Assembly (NCBI GenBank): GCA_002633005.1
Contig: NMRA01000327.1
Span: 195,632-259,631 of the forward strand
Source of the DNA: Phoronis australis
Taxonomy: Eukaryota > Animalia > Phoronida
Length of the DNA: 64,000 nucleotides
Direction of reading: 5' to 3'
Below the pieces are notes generated by a model. The model worked only from the letters and a program-made list of their open reading frames with translations, did no database searches and was not told the DNA's origin. This document shows positions 24,834 through 38,550 of the stretch, piece by piece. How positions within the stretch are numbered: position 1 is the first letter of the stretch; every line of letters begins with the position of its first letter. A program made the position numbers and the translations under genes.

Positions 24834-24922
24834 CTCTCCTGGCCAGCTGTGTCCCACAGCTGAAGGTGAACCCTCTGGCTGCGACCCACAGAACTCTCAT
24901 TCGACCCTTGTACACGATGAAC
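24834..24922 (-). CDS. RAB27: Rab27 coding exon 3 (VHRVQGSNESSVGRSQRVHLQLWDTAGQE)
   Basis: GTCTAG| acceptor, phase 0; G3 motif WDTAGQE; Rab27-type loop insertion; AG|GTAGGG donor; this frame is absent from the ORF track. Confidence 0.95.
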
Positions 24923-24989
24923 CTAGACAAGCATAGAATTGACTTTAAACGGAGGTGATAACGATTGGACAAAGATGGTATTGATGGTA

Positions 24990-26707
24990 AAACAAGAGCA
25001 ACACGGAGTGTTGAAATGCGCCCACGAATGCATTGCAAACGGTGTGCTATTAGGGTAGTCTATTGGTCATAAAAATTGCCATTAGATGGCACAAAAACGT
25101 ACAATCCATCCGAAAATGGGAACATGTCATAGCTTCTTTAATAGAAAACTATTCACCAAATTTCATAGAAATCTGTCACGGAACTTCACAGAAACAAAGG
25201 AAAACAGAATAAAATGAAAACTACCACTAGGGGGCACAGTCTTCATTGGTTCCGCCTGAAAGTCGTCATTGTCTGTTGTTAGCTTCATATAAATAAACTA
25301 ACTAAATTTAATAAAGACCCACCAGTGGGTTTAGGAGATACAGCTATGGGCGCAAAACAAAACAAAACTACCATTGGAGGCACCAAAGTAGTCAAAGTCG
25401 TCATCGTCAACCATCCTCTTCAAACAGAGAACATAAACACCAATTTTCAAAAATATACTTAGAATGATTTGGTTGACAGAGGGGAGGACATCAAAAAACA
25501 GACTCGAAAACAGCAAAAGTGACCATTAGGTGGCGCAAAATACCTCAATTCCATCCAAAAACGGGAGGATAGCGTCATCTCATCAACAGACGCCTGCATT
25601 CAAAATTTTATGAAAATCCCTCGAGTACCCTTGAAGATACAGGGGTTAACGTGAAACCTAAAATTGCCACCAGGGGGCACACCAGTAGTCAGATTTGTCC
25701 AAAAGTCATCGTTGTTCTTTGTCAACATCATATAAATACACTTTTTAAATTTAGTAAAGATCCTGCGAATGGCTTAAGAGATACAGCCAAGGGCGCAAAA
25801 AACGAAACTGCCACTAGGAGGTACCACAGTAGCTGAAGTCATCGGAAAATCATCGTCAGCTGTCCACTTCATAGTAAAAACATACATGCCAATTTTCACA
25901 ATTATCCTGAAAGTGATTTGGTTGATAGAGGGGTGGACACCAAAAAACAGACTCGAAAACAGTAAAAATGGCCACTAAGTGGCTCCAACTACGTCGAATC
26001 CATCTGAAAATGGAAAGATAGTGTCACCACACTAACAGAAGCCTGTACGCCAATTTTTTGAAAACACGTTGAGGACCTTTGAAGATACAGTGGTTAACGT
26101 AAAAATATAAAATTGTCACCAGGGGGTACACCAGCAATGAAATCCGTCTGAAAGTCGTCGTCGTCCTTTGTCAACATCATATAAATGCACTTACTAAATT
26201 TAGATCCTGCAGACGGTTTAGGAGATACAGCCATAGGCGCAAAAAACAAAACTGCCATTAGGAGGAAATCATCGTCAGCCATCCTCCTCATAGTAAGAAC
26301 ATACATGCCAATTTCCACAATCATCCTTAGCGCGGTTTGGTTAATAGTGGGGTGGACGACTAAAAACATACTCGAAAACAGTAAAAGTGGCCACTAGGTG
26401 GTGCAAATTACGTCGAATCTACCCGAAAACGGGTGGATAGCGTCATCTCACTGATAGATGCCTACATGCCAAATTTTATGTAAATACGCGGAAGACCTTT
26501 GAAGATATAGAGGTAAGCGTAAAAAACTAAAATTGCCACTAGGGGGCAGACTGGTAATCGAATCCGTCCGAATGTTTGCTCGTGCCGTCCCATCCATGAA
26601 AGAAACACATGTGCAAAATTTCATGAACATATGCCAAACAGCGGACGCCGGCCGGCCGGAGATGACGGCATAATGCGTCCACATATAAATATGTAGGCGC
26701 ATAAAAA
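24990..26707. mobile_element. HINE/Helentron-like element with a higher-order tandem array (3 x ~145 bp = ~420-450 bp) in Rab27 coding intron 2
   Basis: Subterminal ATGCGCCCAC (25017) and terminal hairpin ATGCGTCCACATAT-AA-ATATGTAGGCGCAT (~26673-26702) in an A-rich site; repeated ACTCGAAAACAG, GAAGATACAG and GAGATACAGC blocks. Confidence 0.7.
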
Positions 26708-29562
26708 GGGGGGAGGTGCCGACCACAGGATTTTTACCCTCATTGACAAAAGTTGCCCTATCATAGTTCACAAGCAGCTTACCTCAGGTGAGTGCAGGCT
26801 ACGTGTAGTTCTTGGTCATATTGATATCGATTTAAATGAGCTTTACAAGAAATAATTTGGACTTTCCTTTCCAACAAAAAGTAGACTTATAGTAACTTTG
26901 TTAGTGGCAGTAGCCAAGCAGAATTGAATGAATTTTCCATGAGTTTTTGCTCTTCTCAATCACCATGAGCTTTCATGAGCACTTTTTTTGTCTTCTTCAA
27001 GATTTTCTAATGATGACCAAGGCCAGAGTTTACTTCAAAATAACACTGGGTAATAGAACTCAAAATGAATGCATCACAATAACAGAATAACAATTAGGCA
27101 ACTGTCTATATAACAAGAATAAGCAAACAGCAATGATATATTGGACCCAAGCAGCATGCACCGACTCTCAGCAGGCTGAAATTATGATCCTTAATTGAAG
27201 CTGAAACTGTTAAATACTTTGTAAATCAAACATAATGCAATTCAATAATGATCTGTTAAGTAGTCACTGGCAACAGTACATTGGTGTTAAAGCTGGCAAG
27301 TACTCTGTTTCCAAGGAGTTTATGAGCAGATCCTGTGTGCATGACTTGGAAGAGAAAGAGGATGAGACTACATAACTAGAGTCACACTACAATACTTTCA
27401 TTTCAGCTACCTGAATAGTAAAGTGCACCCAACCATGCAAAGCTAGTATTTCAGGCACATCATAATTTTTACCTCCTCACAGAAAAATGGACAGGTGAGC
27501 GAGAGCTTGGTGAGGAGATGGGGAAGTTTAGATAAATGTTTTTCGATTTATTAAAATACAACTCAATGAACATGACAGGGAATTTTTTCATTTTGTTTTG
27601 ACTTCATTTATCAGAATCTACTAAATCCAGGTTATGGTACGAGCTACATTGCAGAGAAAAACAAGAGACGAACTCCCAGTCTGTTTTTTCTTAGTGTTTT
27701 AGAAGCATAATTATAATAAACCTAATTTGTGTTCCAAGGAATAACTTTTACGTCACACTAAGAGTGAGCCCTTCAAACTGTGTTTCAAACTGGTGTTATA
27801 GACATAAGTATTTGCAATTACTATATGAACCTTAGGCAAAAACGTGATGACTTAACAAAACGTTTTGTGAATTATGAACCTTTCTGAAGTATCTCTGTTC
27901 AAAATGAGTAAGTGTTACTAAATCTTTAATGCACTTTTCCCCAGAGTCCTAATCACAGAGGAGGAATGAGATTAATGTTGACGAAGAATCCAGGAGAACT
28001 CGTGAAATGACAGTGATGCACATTAGCAACAATCACATGGCAGAAATAGACTAGTTCCTAGCAGAGACTAGTTCCTAGCAGAGACTATAGGTGGCTCAGA
28101 TCTATTCCACCTCACGATTGGTCAGACGTAAAGTAATTTAGCAATGAAAGGTGGCCCTCCCAACAAGTGCACAGGTTGATGCAGCATAATAACAAAATTA
28201 TACAAACAAACTCTGCTTTATATACTCTCTATTTATTTGTTATTTATTTATTAATGTAATATTTACACTGAGGGTAGCCCCATCATTTCACACTGCTTTC
28301 CATCGGTGCCTGTTTAACTGTGAAAGTAATGACACTTATCAGGCTAGTCAATTCATGTGACTTTCTGCCAAATAATAAAGTTAGTATAGTCAGGAACTCG
28401 ACAGTATTTTTGGCTTGCACAAACATAGTCGGAGACTGAAGGTCAGAACTATCAAGCGGTTAAGAGAGAAAGGAACTCTCGGTCACCTAAGAGCAATTTT
28501 TTGAATGAGGGAAAAATAGCATCCACCACCCAGTCGCTACCCCTCATCACTCACTTCTCATGGGGATGTTCTAGGGGAATTGACCTGTAGCCAGGATTTT
28601 GAGTGACGGCTTAACTGACCAATGAAAATGCAACATTCTTGACACATCTTCGTTTCCAAGCTGCCATTTTACCCGACGAACAACATGTTGCCAGATAAAA
28701 CTTATTGCTTGTTTGTCGACATTTTGCAAGGGGACAGAGCTAGCGATACGTCAGATGAAGTGATTCTAACCTCAAGGTGAATATCTGAAGGGAATCTTTG
28801 GACCCGGAGATGGTAATTTTAAAATGAGAGGCAAATGAACATGATATTCAGCCCTCAACATCAAGTCATCTAGGGACATGTGCAGATGTAACTATGGCTG
28901 AAGAAACAAAACATGATCGGCATATTGAAATGTTAATCATCAAACATACTAAACATCAATAACTTGGAGACATTTTAATGAATTCTGTTGACCTAGTGCT
29001 CAGCCTCACATTGGTAAACCGTACACACATTATGCAAATTAATACACTTGCCTACCAGGACCAAATCAGTCAAAACCATTCCTTACAGAATTTATGACTA
29101 CCTACATAATTAGTTACTAGGTGGTCATGTATACCTGCTGAAAAATTCCGATCATGCACCTAACTCATATCACCCCAGTGGTTAGTTGAACATCTTCAAA
29201 ATTATCTGATCACAGAGCACTTAATAATCAAAATGTTGTTTTAAATGTGTGCATTATCTGTAGTGGTTGACATGAAGAGGGTTTTATCTTTCTTTACTGA
29301 GGCAGCTGCTACAAAAATGCTCTGATGGCCTATTAGTAGTTAGGCCATTAATTTTTCTGAAACAATTTTCACAGGACTGATTCTAATCTGGATTAAGGCT
29401 AGATAATACTAAATTATTTATGTACTCCAGTTAATATCATTACCAGTATGCTGCTAGCTGTTTGAATAAGTCCAAAATCAGAAAATTGTGAAACGCAAAC
29501 ACAAGGAACTTAGTTTCTTACTCAGAACATCATACAATCTCTAGTTATCTTGGACACATTTA

Positions 29563-30839
29563 CCATATTCGCCGTAATAACCGCCCATGCCCCTATAAGC
29601 GCCCCCCACGCGTTTTCAGACTTTGCTAAAATGAGCGCCCAGTCCATGAACGTGTATGTGCGAAAAATGCCTTACCTACAATTCTACAATAACGTCTTCA
29701 ATTTATCAATAATATCCGACAGTCCTGAAAAAAATCGTGCACAGAATTTGTAGACCACGAGCCACGCGTCTATGTCCGTGACTATACACTTCAAACTTCT
29801 GCTATGCCTCAAAAAGTTCTGCTGATCTTGCGAGGACCAATGGTCTGGCCTTTCAGAACAGAAGTAGTGTACTTGTCTACGGTTTGTAGATATTTCCCGC
29901 TTTCAACAGGAATCCATATTTCTTTGTACACATGAAAACCGTGAATCGAAGACTAATAAAAATCTTAGCCAGTGTTAAAAGCACGTGGTCAGGAAGCGCG
30001 CGCTACATACATGAACCTGTCATCAAAGACATTAGTCGGGAACTATCCATTCATGAAATGGGTAGCATATCATCGGCATGAAATGAATATTGGCACTAAT
30101 TTCTGGTAATACTATAAAAAATGTTTGCATTATTTTTAAATGAATTGTTTGATTAACCACAATTGGTGTTTTTAAGCCAAATATCTGATAAAATGACAAC
30201 TGACAGTGAATGCTTACACACCGTGCTGAATGATACACGCTCTAGATTAAGCCTACTGCTTGTGCAAATTTCTTTAGATACAATGCACATCTAGCTCGTT
30301 AGATTGCGTGGCTCTGGCCACAAAGACGGTCTCTGCTCTGGCAAATGAACTCTGGTGATACGCACGCGCTCGCTTACTCACAAACGCCTTGACAACAACA
30401 TGTGTGTTACGTCCAGACATTTTTCTCATGTTGCCGATCATACATGTAGATGGCACGATGTAGCACAGAGATTTGTAATTAAACCTGCCGCGATCCCGAA
30501 CTTAAAAACTGAGTCGAAACTGTATTTTTGTTCAAGCATTCAAGTCGCCATAACGACGAATGCGAGGCAGGCAGTCGGCGAGTTTTCGCCCTAGGATTTC
30601 AGCACAATTTTCTGTAAAATGATCGTAATTTAGCAGCAAAGTTTGATAGCAACGCACCACGGTTTTGTAGAAAGTCTTTCATAGATTACAGATACGTCAC
30701 AGAGTGTAAATATGATGAATCTTAGCTTTCGATTTCACCCGTTTTGGAGACCGGGTTCCAACGGCCTTGGGTTATAATAAGCGCCCCCCCTCAAACGAAC
30801 TTTTCTAAACGCCCTGGGCGGTTATTACGGCGAATACAG
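29563..30839. mobile_element. Non-autonomous Tc1/mariner-superfamily (pogo-like) element, ~1.28 kb
   Basis: 25-bp TIRs CCATATTCGCCGTAATAACCGCCCA and (reverse complement) CTGTATTCGCCGTAATAACCGCCCA, flanked by TA on both sides; no transposase ORF. Confidence 0.8.
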
Positions 30840-31568
30840 TAATTGTTATTCCCCTGGCCTTTATTACCAAAGGACGCCACTTGATCCAGAAAACACAATA
30901 GTAAAGGACAAGAGATGATCACAGATTGAGTCCAGAGTGACAGTTACATCCACCACATCAGTTCATTACAGTTACACTACTGCTCCCTCAGTAAGACAAG
31001 ATGTATGTAACTTGACAGAAACTAGGTATTTACATGAGGGTAAAGGTAAAACAACACTGTGAAACACGTCTTAGAATAAATGTTATAGACATTACTTTTG
31101 GGTAGTTATGGTAGTGTCAAATGAAACATAAATTAATAGTCTTAGAGCAAGTGAACACAGAAGAGGTCAGGTGATGAGCGTAATTGGCATCGTACGCCGA
31201 AATATCAATATATCTATCAGTTAAAAGTGCATCTGCAAGTAAGTTAATGTCATGATTTGAAAAACAATGTCAAAGATGAATCAATAAATTTAGTCATTTT
31301 CAACACACATAATGATTTCTTTTTTACATGCAAGACCCATTGTTTGAAAACAAGATCAATACTCTGCCCACAAGTTCCAACCAATCAGAACAGAGCGTCT
31401 CTATTCTTAAAGTGGCTTCAAAACCCTGCTTTCTGTCAAAAACAAATTTTGATTTTGGTCACTAAGCATTGTGAAATTGGTCTCAAATTGTCCCTTAATC
31501 AAGATTAGTCAGACATCTAGGTTTGGACAGAACAGACAGTGCATGACTTGTTCAGATCAAGCTCATAT

Positions 31569-31642
31569 CATGGGTGGCGTACCATAGGAGGCTGGAGGGC
31601 TATAGCCCCCCCCCCACTTTTTTCAGTGCTGCACTGCCCATG
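31569..31642. mobile_element. Short CATGGG-terminal MITE, relative of 13914-14027
   Basis: CATGGGTGGCGTA...TGCACTGCCCATG; flanks CATAT/CATAC (5-bp TSD with one mismatch). Confidence 0.6.
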
Positions 31643-33039
31643 CATACAATTTCGTATCACAACTTTTAAATTGAGTAAGGAACAAAAACCCCCCGACAGC
31701 AACAAGCAAATAACAGCAGGTGGTCTGAACCAAAATTAGTTTCTTGATAGAAAGCATAGGTTTAATGCGCTTCAAGAAGTGCATGTGTATAAAGAGAGAA
31801 TGAATGTTTAATAATCCAATTAAGGTTCAGAACTGCCTGTCACTGACAAGGTCACTGATGATGTGAAGCACTAATTGTCGCTTCAATCTTCCAGACAAAC
31901 ACCAGGGGACACAATATACATAAGTTGATGTTGGTTTTGCAACTTTCTCTGAACACTTTTTGTAATAACAGGTAAAAAGTGTGCGGCCAGTCTGATGTCT
32001 ATTGCGCTACACCAGATGTGCCCAGGCTTCAAAACACCAGTTCATGTAAAACATGTTTAAGAAAACTTTAAAAGGTTGAAATCGGTACACAGACGCCAGC
32101 ACGAGATCCAATTGGTTAAGGACAGTCAGTAACTGGCTATAACAGGAAAATGTGCCACTCAGTGATTTGTAATATTAGTGAAAGATGTTTTACCTCCCAA
32201 ATGAAGGGATGCATGACTGATAGAAATCAGTGACGTCACTCACCTAGATTCGTGGAAATAAAGCTAATTTTGAGTAGACAAGGTTGAATTTATACATTAT
32301 AGCCATGGCACAAGATTACTACAACATGAAAACTAACCAAGCAGTGCTGGATAGGTGGTAGGTGCATGGAATACAAATAACAAGAACAATGCAATCACAA
32401 AAAAATCCACAGACCAAGTCTGAACAGAGATCCTGAACTTGACCTCCCTGTCGTGTATTTGGACCTGCAACAGGATTCCCCTTGAGATTTGGAAATCCCC
32501 ATGGTGTTTTATCGATTTATCCCACAACCAGAGAGGGTGCACCGGGTAGTGAACCAAGTCCGTGAGAAATGGACAAAACGACTGTGCACGGACAACTTCA
32601 AGGTACGGCTTTTTGGCTCCAAAAGGGATCTTTATTTCATATTATCCCTAATAAATGGAACCCAGGAATATACAAAGTCACAAAAAATCTCTTCAGCTTT
32701 AAAGTCAAGTTATAACCAAATACAATACATCCAAACGTACCCAGTGCCTGTTTTTATTTTGTTTCAAAAGTAGATTACAGTAAAACTAAAATTTCACCAC
32801 TTTAGGGCACAATATGGCAGACAACAGAAATCTTATTTCTATCATTTTTCATAAAATACACAAAGCATAAAATTAATACTTTACCGTGAATCAAGTATTG
32901 TATTATAGTAATTATTAAACAATATTTTGAAAAATTGTGGAAGTTAACAATTTTAGAAGACATTGCATAACAAAAAAGAATAATTTTGACAATTATCTTT
33001 GCCAAGATTGGTAAGAATTTATCGTAACTGTATTTTAAA

Positions 33040-33203
33040 TTATCATACTTATCCAAGTTATCCTACTTATCCAAGTTATCAAACTTATCCAAGTTATCAT
33101 ACTTATCCAAGTTATCATACTTATCCAAGTTATCCTACTTATCCAAGTTATCCTACTTATTCAAGTTATCCTACTTATCCAAGTTATCATACTTATCCAA
33201 GTT
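33040..33203. repeat. 18-bp minisatellite (TATC[A/C]TACTTATCCAAGT), about 9 units, 9-bp sub-period
   Basis: Direct inspection. Confidence 0.9.
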
Positions 33204-33499
33204 AACACTGTTGGTGAACAACAACAGATCAGTTTCAAACATAACAGGGAGAAGTGAAATTATTCAGCACCCTCCTGGATCAAGCACCCAATTGCTTCTT
33301 TAATAAGAAAAATGTCAGCCAACATGGATTCTCCAAGCAAAAATCACTGACATAAATGGCAATGTTTGAACTTTCAAAATGAAATCATGACTGATCAATA
33401 CCATAAAGAGGACACAGAAATAAAAAAAACTGTCAAGATTTAAGTGACCAGACTGCAGTAAAAGGGTGGAATATAGAAATAAGGCTACTAATGAAATTA

Positions 33500-33847
<348 letters not shown>

Positions 33848-34623
33848 TCATTTTAGAAAAAACGTGGGTATGGGTGAATTGACTCACGTGGCCTCAAGTC
33901 TATGAGCCAGTTTGGAGGACCTATGGGCCAATTTGGAGGACCTATGGGCCATGTTAGATTTTGTCTTTTTTGATTCCAATTTTAATGAGCCTGTTGGCCT
34001 GAGTTAAGCAATTGTAGTACATCAATGAAATTATTTTTGTACCAATGACGTTGCTTCAAATTACTATTGGCGAGACATTAATCAAATAACTTGCACAAAA
34101 AGACCAATGCTGAAAATGCTGAAATTACATTTTGCCTTCGTCAACTAAGCCAGAATTTGAGCCTGGACCAATCAGATATTACTTTTGAGTACTCGCAATA
34201 CTACAAATTTGTAAATCAAATACCTACACATAACCAGCGTTATCTAACGTATCTGTGTCACTTTTAGAAACTATGGAACAAGTTCTCGAACATTTCAGAG
34301 TTGACAAAGTGATGAAAAACCCTGTTGTGTACGCTTGTGCATGGTAAAATCACCAACTTAGGACACAATATGGCAGACAAGGGTAATTTTATTGTATCAT
34401 GTTTTTCACAAAAGATACATGGTACCAACACGATGCTTTGCCATATTCATGTTGTGGGCCACAGCTACTGAAAGTATTTAGAAACTGTGGTCATGCACAG
34501 CAATGTTAGAAGCCCTTGACTGAAATATGAAGAAAGTGCTCTTTTTGCAATTGTTGAAGCGACTTTACCATAAATAACTTTCAGGACACAAAACTAAAGT
34601 CTATTGCCTCTTTAAGCACTTAC

Positions 34624-34681
34624 CAAGAGCTAAGAATTTAATAAGATAATCGTAGTCAGAGCCGTGTTGGCCGTCTGCCAT
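34624..34681 (-). CDS. RAB27: Rab27 coding exon 1 (MADGQHGSDYDYLIKFLAL)
   Basis: DYDYLIKFLALG is the Rab27 N-terminal signature; TTG|GTAAGT donor, phase 1; TTTCAG acceptor 5 nt upstream of the ATG implies an upstream exon. Confidence 0.92.
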
Positions 34682-35929
34682 CTCATCTGAAACAAAAATG
34701 AAGCAATGGTTAAATTTAACAACAAGGCTAAATAACCTGTCAGCTGTCTGCAAAACTAAGGAATAACAGGAAATTAACATGCAAAGAATTCGCATCTTAA
34801 TGGCTTACCAAACAACAAAAGGACAGTTTTAATTTCCTCTGAAACTTACCTGAAGTGAATATTTTTAATTACAAACTGTATGTCAGATTCCAGGCAAAAG
34901 TGTTCCCATAGAACAAAATATATTTTATCAACCTAGATTGTCTTCTTGCAAAAATGACGGATACCTTTTAAACGATAGTGAAAAAGTAACACTGAATGCA
35001 AACTTCGGTTAAATGTAAATATATTGTCTCTATAAAAACAACTGCTGAGAATCAGTCATTAGAAATGCTGTTTGTGGTGAAATGTATTTTATACCATACA
35101 TTATTTTGTATTTTTCTCGTCTAAGTGTTTGAAATAGAAAAATTTCACCAACACAGGGGCTGACAACCAGTACAATACAAAAATAATTCTGACAGACAAA
35201 ATACCCCTGCCATGACGACTAGTTCTGTTAACACCAGATGGCTGGTAATACCTAACTATTATCATGGAGGCAAAATTTGAATTACCAAATGGCTTAAAAG
35301 GGCCTTTCGCACTAGGGATTTAGAACAGTGGATTAACATTTTTTTCAACCACAAGTTTCTGATCCATTCAGAAAGGTGATTTAGGCCAGTCTAAATTTAG
35401 GATGGTACTAAAGTTATTATTCTCAAAAAGACCAAATTAGCACGCAGACCAAAGCTACTCTGATTGTGTAAGCGCAGTGCTAAAGGTTTAGCCTGGATTA
35501 TTTTTCTCAACTGTCCTAAACTGTCTTGCCGCTTCACACAAGCCTGGAGTTCCGAAACAAAACATAAACAAAAAGATATGTAGGATTCTAAGGGTTTCAT
35601 TACCACAAACATCATCAAGTCACAATAAACATCTCCTTCATCTATGAATATAAGTTTTGCTTTTAACAATATGGAAATGCAATGAGTTGGAAGAGAGAAC
35701 CCTGAGAATTTCATTTGCGTCTTGCGAAATTAGAAAGCTGACAGCTGGTAGCAGGTTCAGTCCAGACATATCAGGTGTGACTATGACTGATGGGGAAGCC
35801 TTATCACATGTACAAATAATATGTAATACCTACAATACATCCCCATAAATCATTATACATCTTAAAAAGCTGGCATACTGACACTCCTACATGTAAAGCA
35901 AACAACACAACTATTTTTTAATAAAATAT

Positions 35930-36054
35930 AACATCATTTCTAAAATCTTCTAGTCTATTTATACTAACCTCTAGCCAATATTTACGTGTGCTAGTGTAAA
36001 TAGACTTAGTCTAGAGGTTGGCGTAAATGAGTAACAGATTTTAGAAATGATGTT
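35930..36054. repeat. Short imperfect palindrome (~45-bp arms), probable MITE
   Basis: AACATCATTTCTAAAATC...AACCTCTAG and CTAGAGGTT...GATTTTAGAAATGATGTT. Confidence 0.6.
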
Positions 36055-36121
36055 ACTAAACATCACATCAAAGAGATTTAGGAAGACAAAATGAAAGGTG
36101 CTGAAAATTTGGCAATGGTAT

Positions 36122-36478
36122 CAGGCCTTTATCCAGGATTTTGAAAATAGGGTGTCCAAAATGGGGTTCCCAATATTCCAGGGCATCCATGATTCCGACG
36201 CGTAACCCACCACCCCCAGCAATACCGCCAGATTTTTTTTACAAAAAATCCATAGATCAAGGTTTTCACGTCTAAGTTTATAAACAGCCTTCTATGGTGA
36301 GCATTTTTACTAAAAAAACTGTAGACCAAGACTTTTACAATGCTGTCAATCAAGTGTCAAAATAGCAACAATGCATATACTTTGTATATACGTTGTATAT
36401 TTCTTCCTGCTTTGAAAAAACAGCCCCCACTATGAGCCTTCAGAGGCTTCCTAGTATTCATTACAATGTGCGAGTCCC
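36122..36478 (+). mobile_element. Left part of a non-autonomous DNA element with CAGGCCTTTAT(C/G)CAG TIR
   Basis: 36231-36478 is nearly identical to 53804-54052; left end is the reverse complement of the right end at 54162-54176. Confidence 0.7.
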
Positions 36479-38139
36479 ATCAGCTGAAAATTTTGCCTCT
36501 TCAGCTGAACTGTCATAAAATCTTACCAATGCTGAACAAAAATAATTGCCATTTTTCATTTTTCAAAGGCCTTGTTGTTAGTGACTACAATTTTTCAAAA
36601 TGAGGCCTGGTTATAGTATTGGTATAGAAAAATCTCAAAGTAAAATTTCACAAGTCGACCATATGTAATAACAATACAGCAACCAATATACAGTAGGTGA
36701 TAGATCTTACTGTAGCATTCACACAAAGAAGGGTAACCACAACATGTCATGGAAGTACATTTGGGATAAGTCCTAAAAATGATATGGTGGTGACGTTTTT
36801 CTACTTAATAGTAGAGGGTGTTCTCATAACAGGCACAAATGTCAGCCACTTCTACAACAGTAATAAGATTGAGTGTGATAAGCAAGGACTTTCAACCCTA
36901 TTAAAATTATAGTAATTGCAGGTTATCACTTTTGTCCCTTAGAGACATGTATTACCGTATATAGAAGACATGATATACAACTGCCATCTCTCTCATTTGA
37001 CCAGACTAACACTCCACTTCTCTAACTATAGCTTCACTGCACTGTACTTATAATGATCTCTGTTTCAACCAACAAGCAAATGCCACTTCTGTTCGTATTT
37101 TGAGACATGTTTAAGTTTAAAATAGTACTATGAACCGTGAGTAGACAGAGGTAGCAACAACAGAGCAATGAGCTATATAATGATTTATCTCATTGGTCGA
37201 GAGTGCGCGAAATGGCGGGAAGAATTCCATACTCGCGTTAAGTGGGTAGATAATTTAGGACGATCGAGCAAAATAGTCCAGACCAAAATCTTTCGCAGTG
37301 TTCTTACGTCATTGAAGCAGATTTGGTCCGCTCCCAAGTCCAGTCTTTTCAAGCGTACTACAGTTAACTTTAGTACCATAGAAAATTTAGACTGGTCTAA
37401 ATCACCTTTCGCAGTGGTCTAAAATTCTTGTGGTCAAGAAGGAATGTGAGTCCACTCACCTAAAAGGAAAGGCTCTTATGTGTGATGGCCAGCTCCTGTG
37501 TATAATTGTTACACAGAAATATACCACTGTTGCTCATCATAGAGGTGTGTCTATCAAGCTGGAGCACTCTGATCAAGCCATGGTGTCACAAGAGATCACA
37601 GATTTAACTTGGTATCTATTACAAAACCACATCTCATGCCTCACTGACCACAAAAGCAGAATAGTGCACCCATAATACAACATGCATTACTACGAATGCC
37701 TGGCCCAACAAAATGTACATTTTGATACTACTGCACCTGACTGAAAATGATGTTTGTTGGCTAGTGATGAACAGATAACAAGGCATAACAGTAATTTTAT
37801 CATAGTCCAACATTTCCTTAGACAACATACCACCATAATACCAACAAATATGATATTTCCCTAGCACTACATTAGCCTTTGTGAAAACGTTTAAACAGAA
37901 ACAAATCTGGCAGCAGTTGTTTTTTGCAAGCATTGCCAACTCAAGCTTTCAGTAAATGTGTGAGGTCTTTTTTAAAGATCCCACGCAATTAGGTACATAC
38001 AAAACTTGCGTTTCACAATATTAAATTTAAAGTTAAAGCTGCAAATGCAAGGAATGTGCAAGTATGGTCAGTGAATAAGGCAGTAAATAAACACTAGCTT
38101 AACTGGCCTACAGAATATTATGCAGACCAGACACAGGAA

Positions 38140-38550
38140 AACATAAAAATGCCACCAGGGAGCACAATGGCAATCCATCCATCCAAGTAGTCATCATCTG
38201 TCACTGCATTCTTAGATTTAACAGAGATCTTCAAGAGTTTTAGGAGATGCTGATGGACGTATAAACAAAAAACCACTAGGAGACACCACCGCAGCCATCT
38301 TCTCCCCACCAGAAACACATATACAAAATTTCCTGTCTTTTGAGTGGTGTGGCCAAAAGTAGAGAGGCATGCACCAAAAACAGGTTTGAAAACAGTAAAC
38401 CACCACCAGGTAACACAGCACATGTTGAATACACCCCCAAATGAAAAGGTGTCACTGACTTCTTAATAGAAACTTCTTTTACACAATACAAGGAAAATAT
38501 GTCAAAAACTCCAAAGATACATTGCCACTAGGGGGCACACTGGTAGTCAG
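38140..38550 (+). repeat. Degenerate copy of the CTCF-like-motif repeat family (4 monomers of ~125 bp)
   Basis: CCACCAGGGAGCAC 38152, CCACTAGGAGACAC 38273, CCACCAGGTAACAC 38403, CCACTAGGGGGCAC 38525. Confidence 0.6.

Noticed and set aside
24676-25038. 120-aa ORF overlapping Rab27 exon 3
   Set aside because: Wrong frame; the true exon frame encodes WDTAGQE
32999-33205. YPSYHT/YPT repeat ORF resembling an adhesive or CTD-like protein
   Set aside because: It is a translation of an intronic 18-bp minisatellite, antisense to Rab27, with a non-ATG start and no splice support
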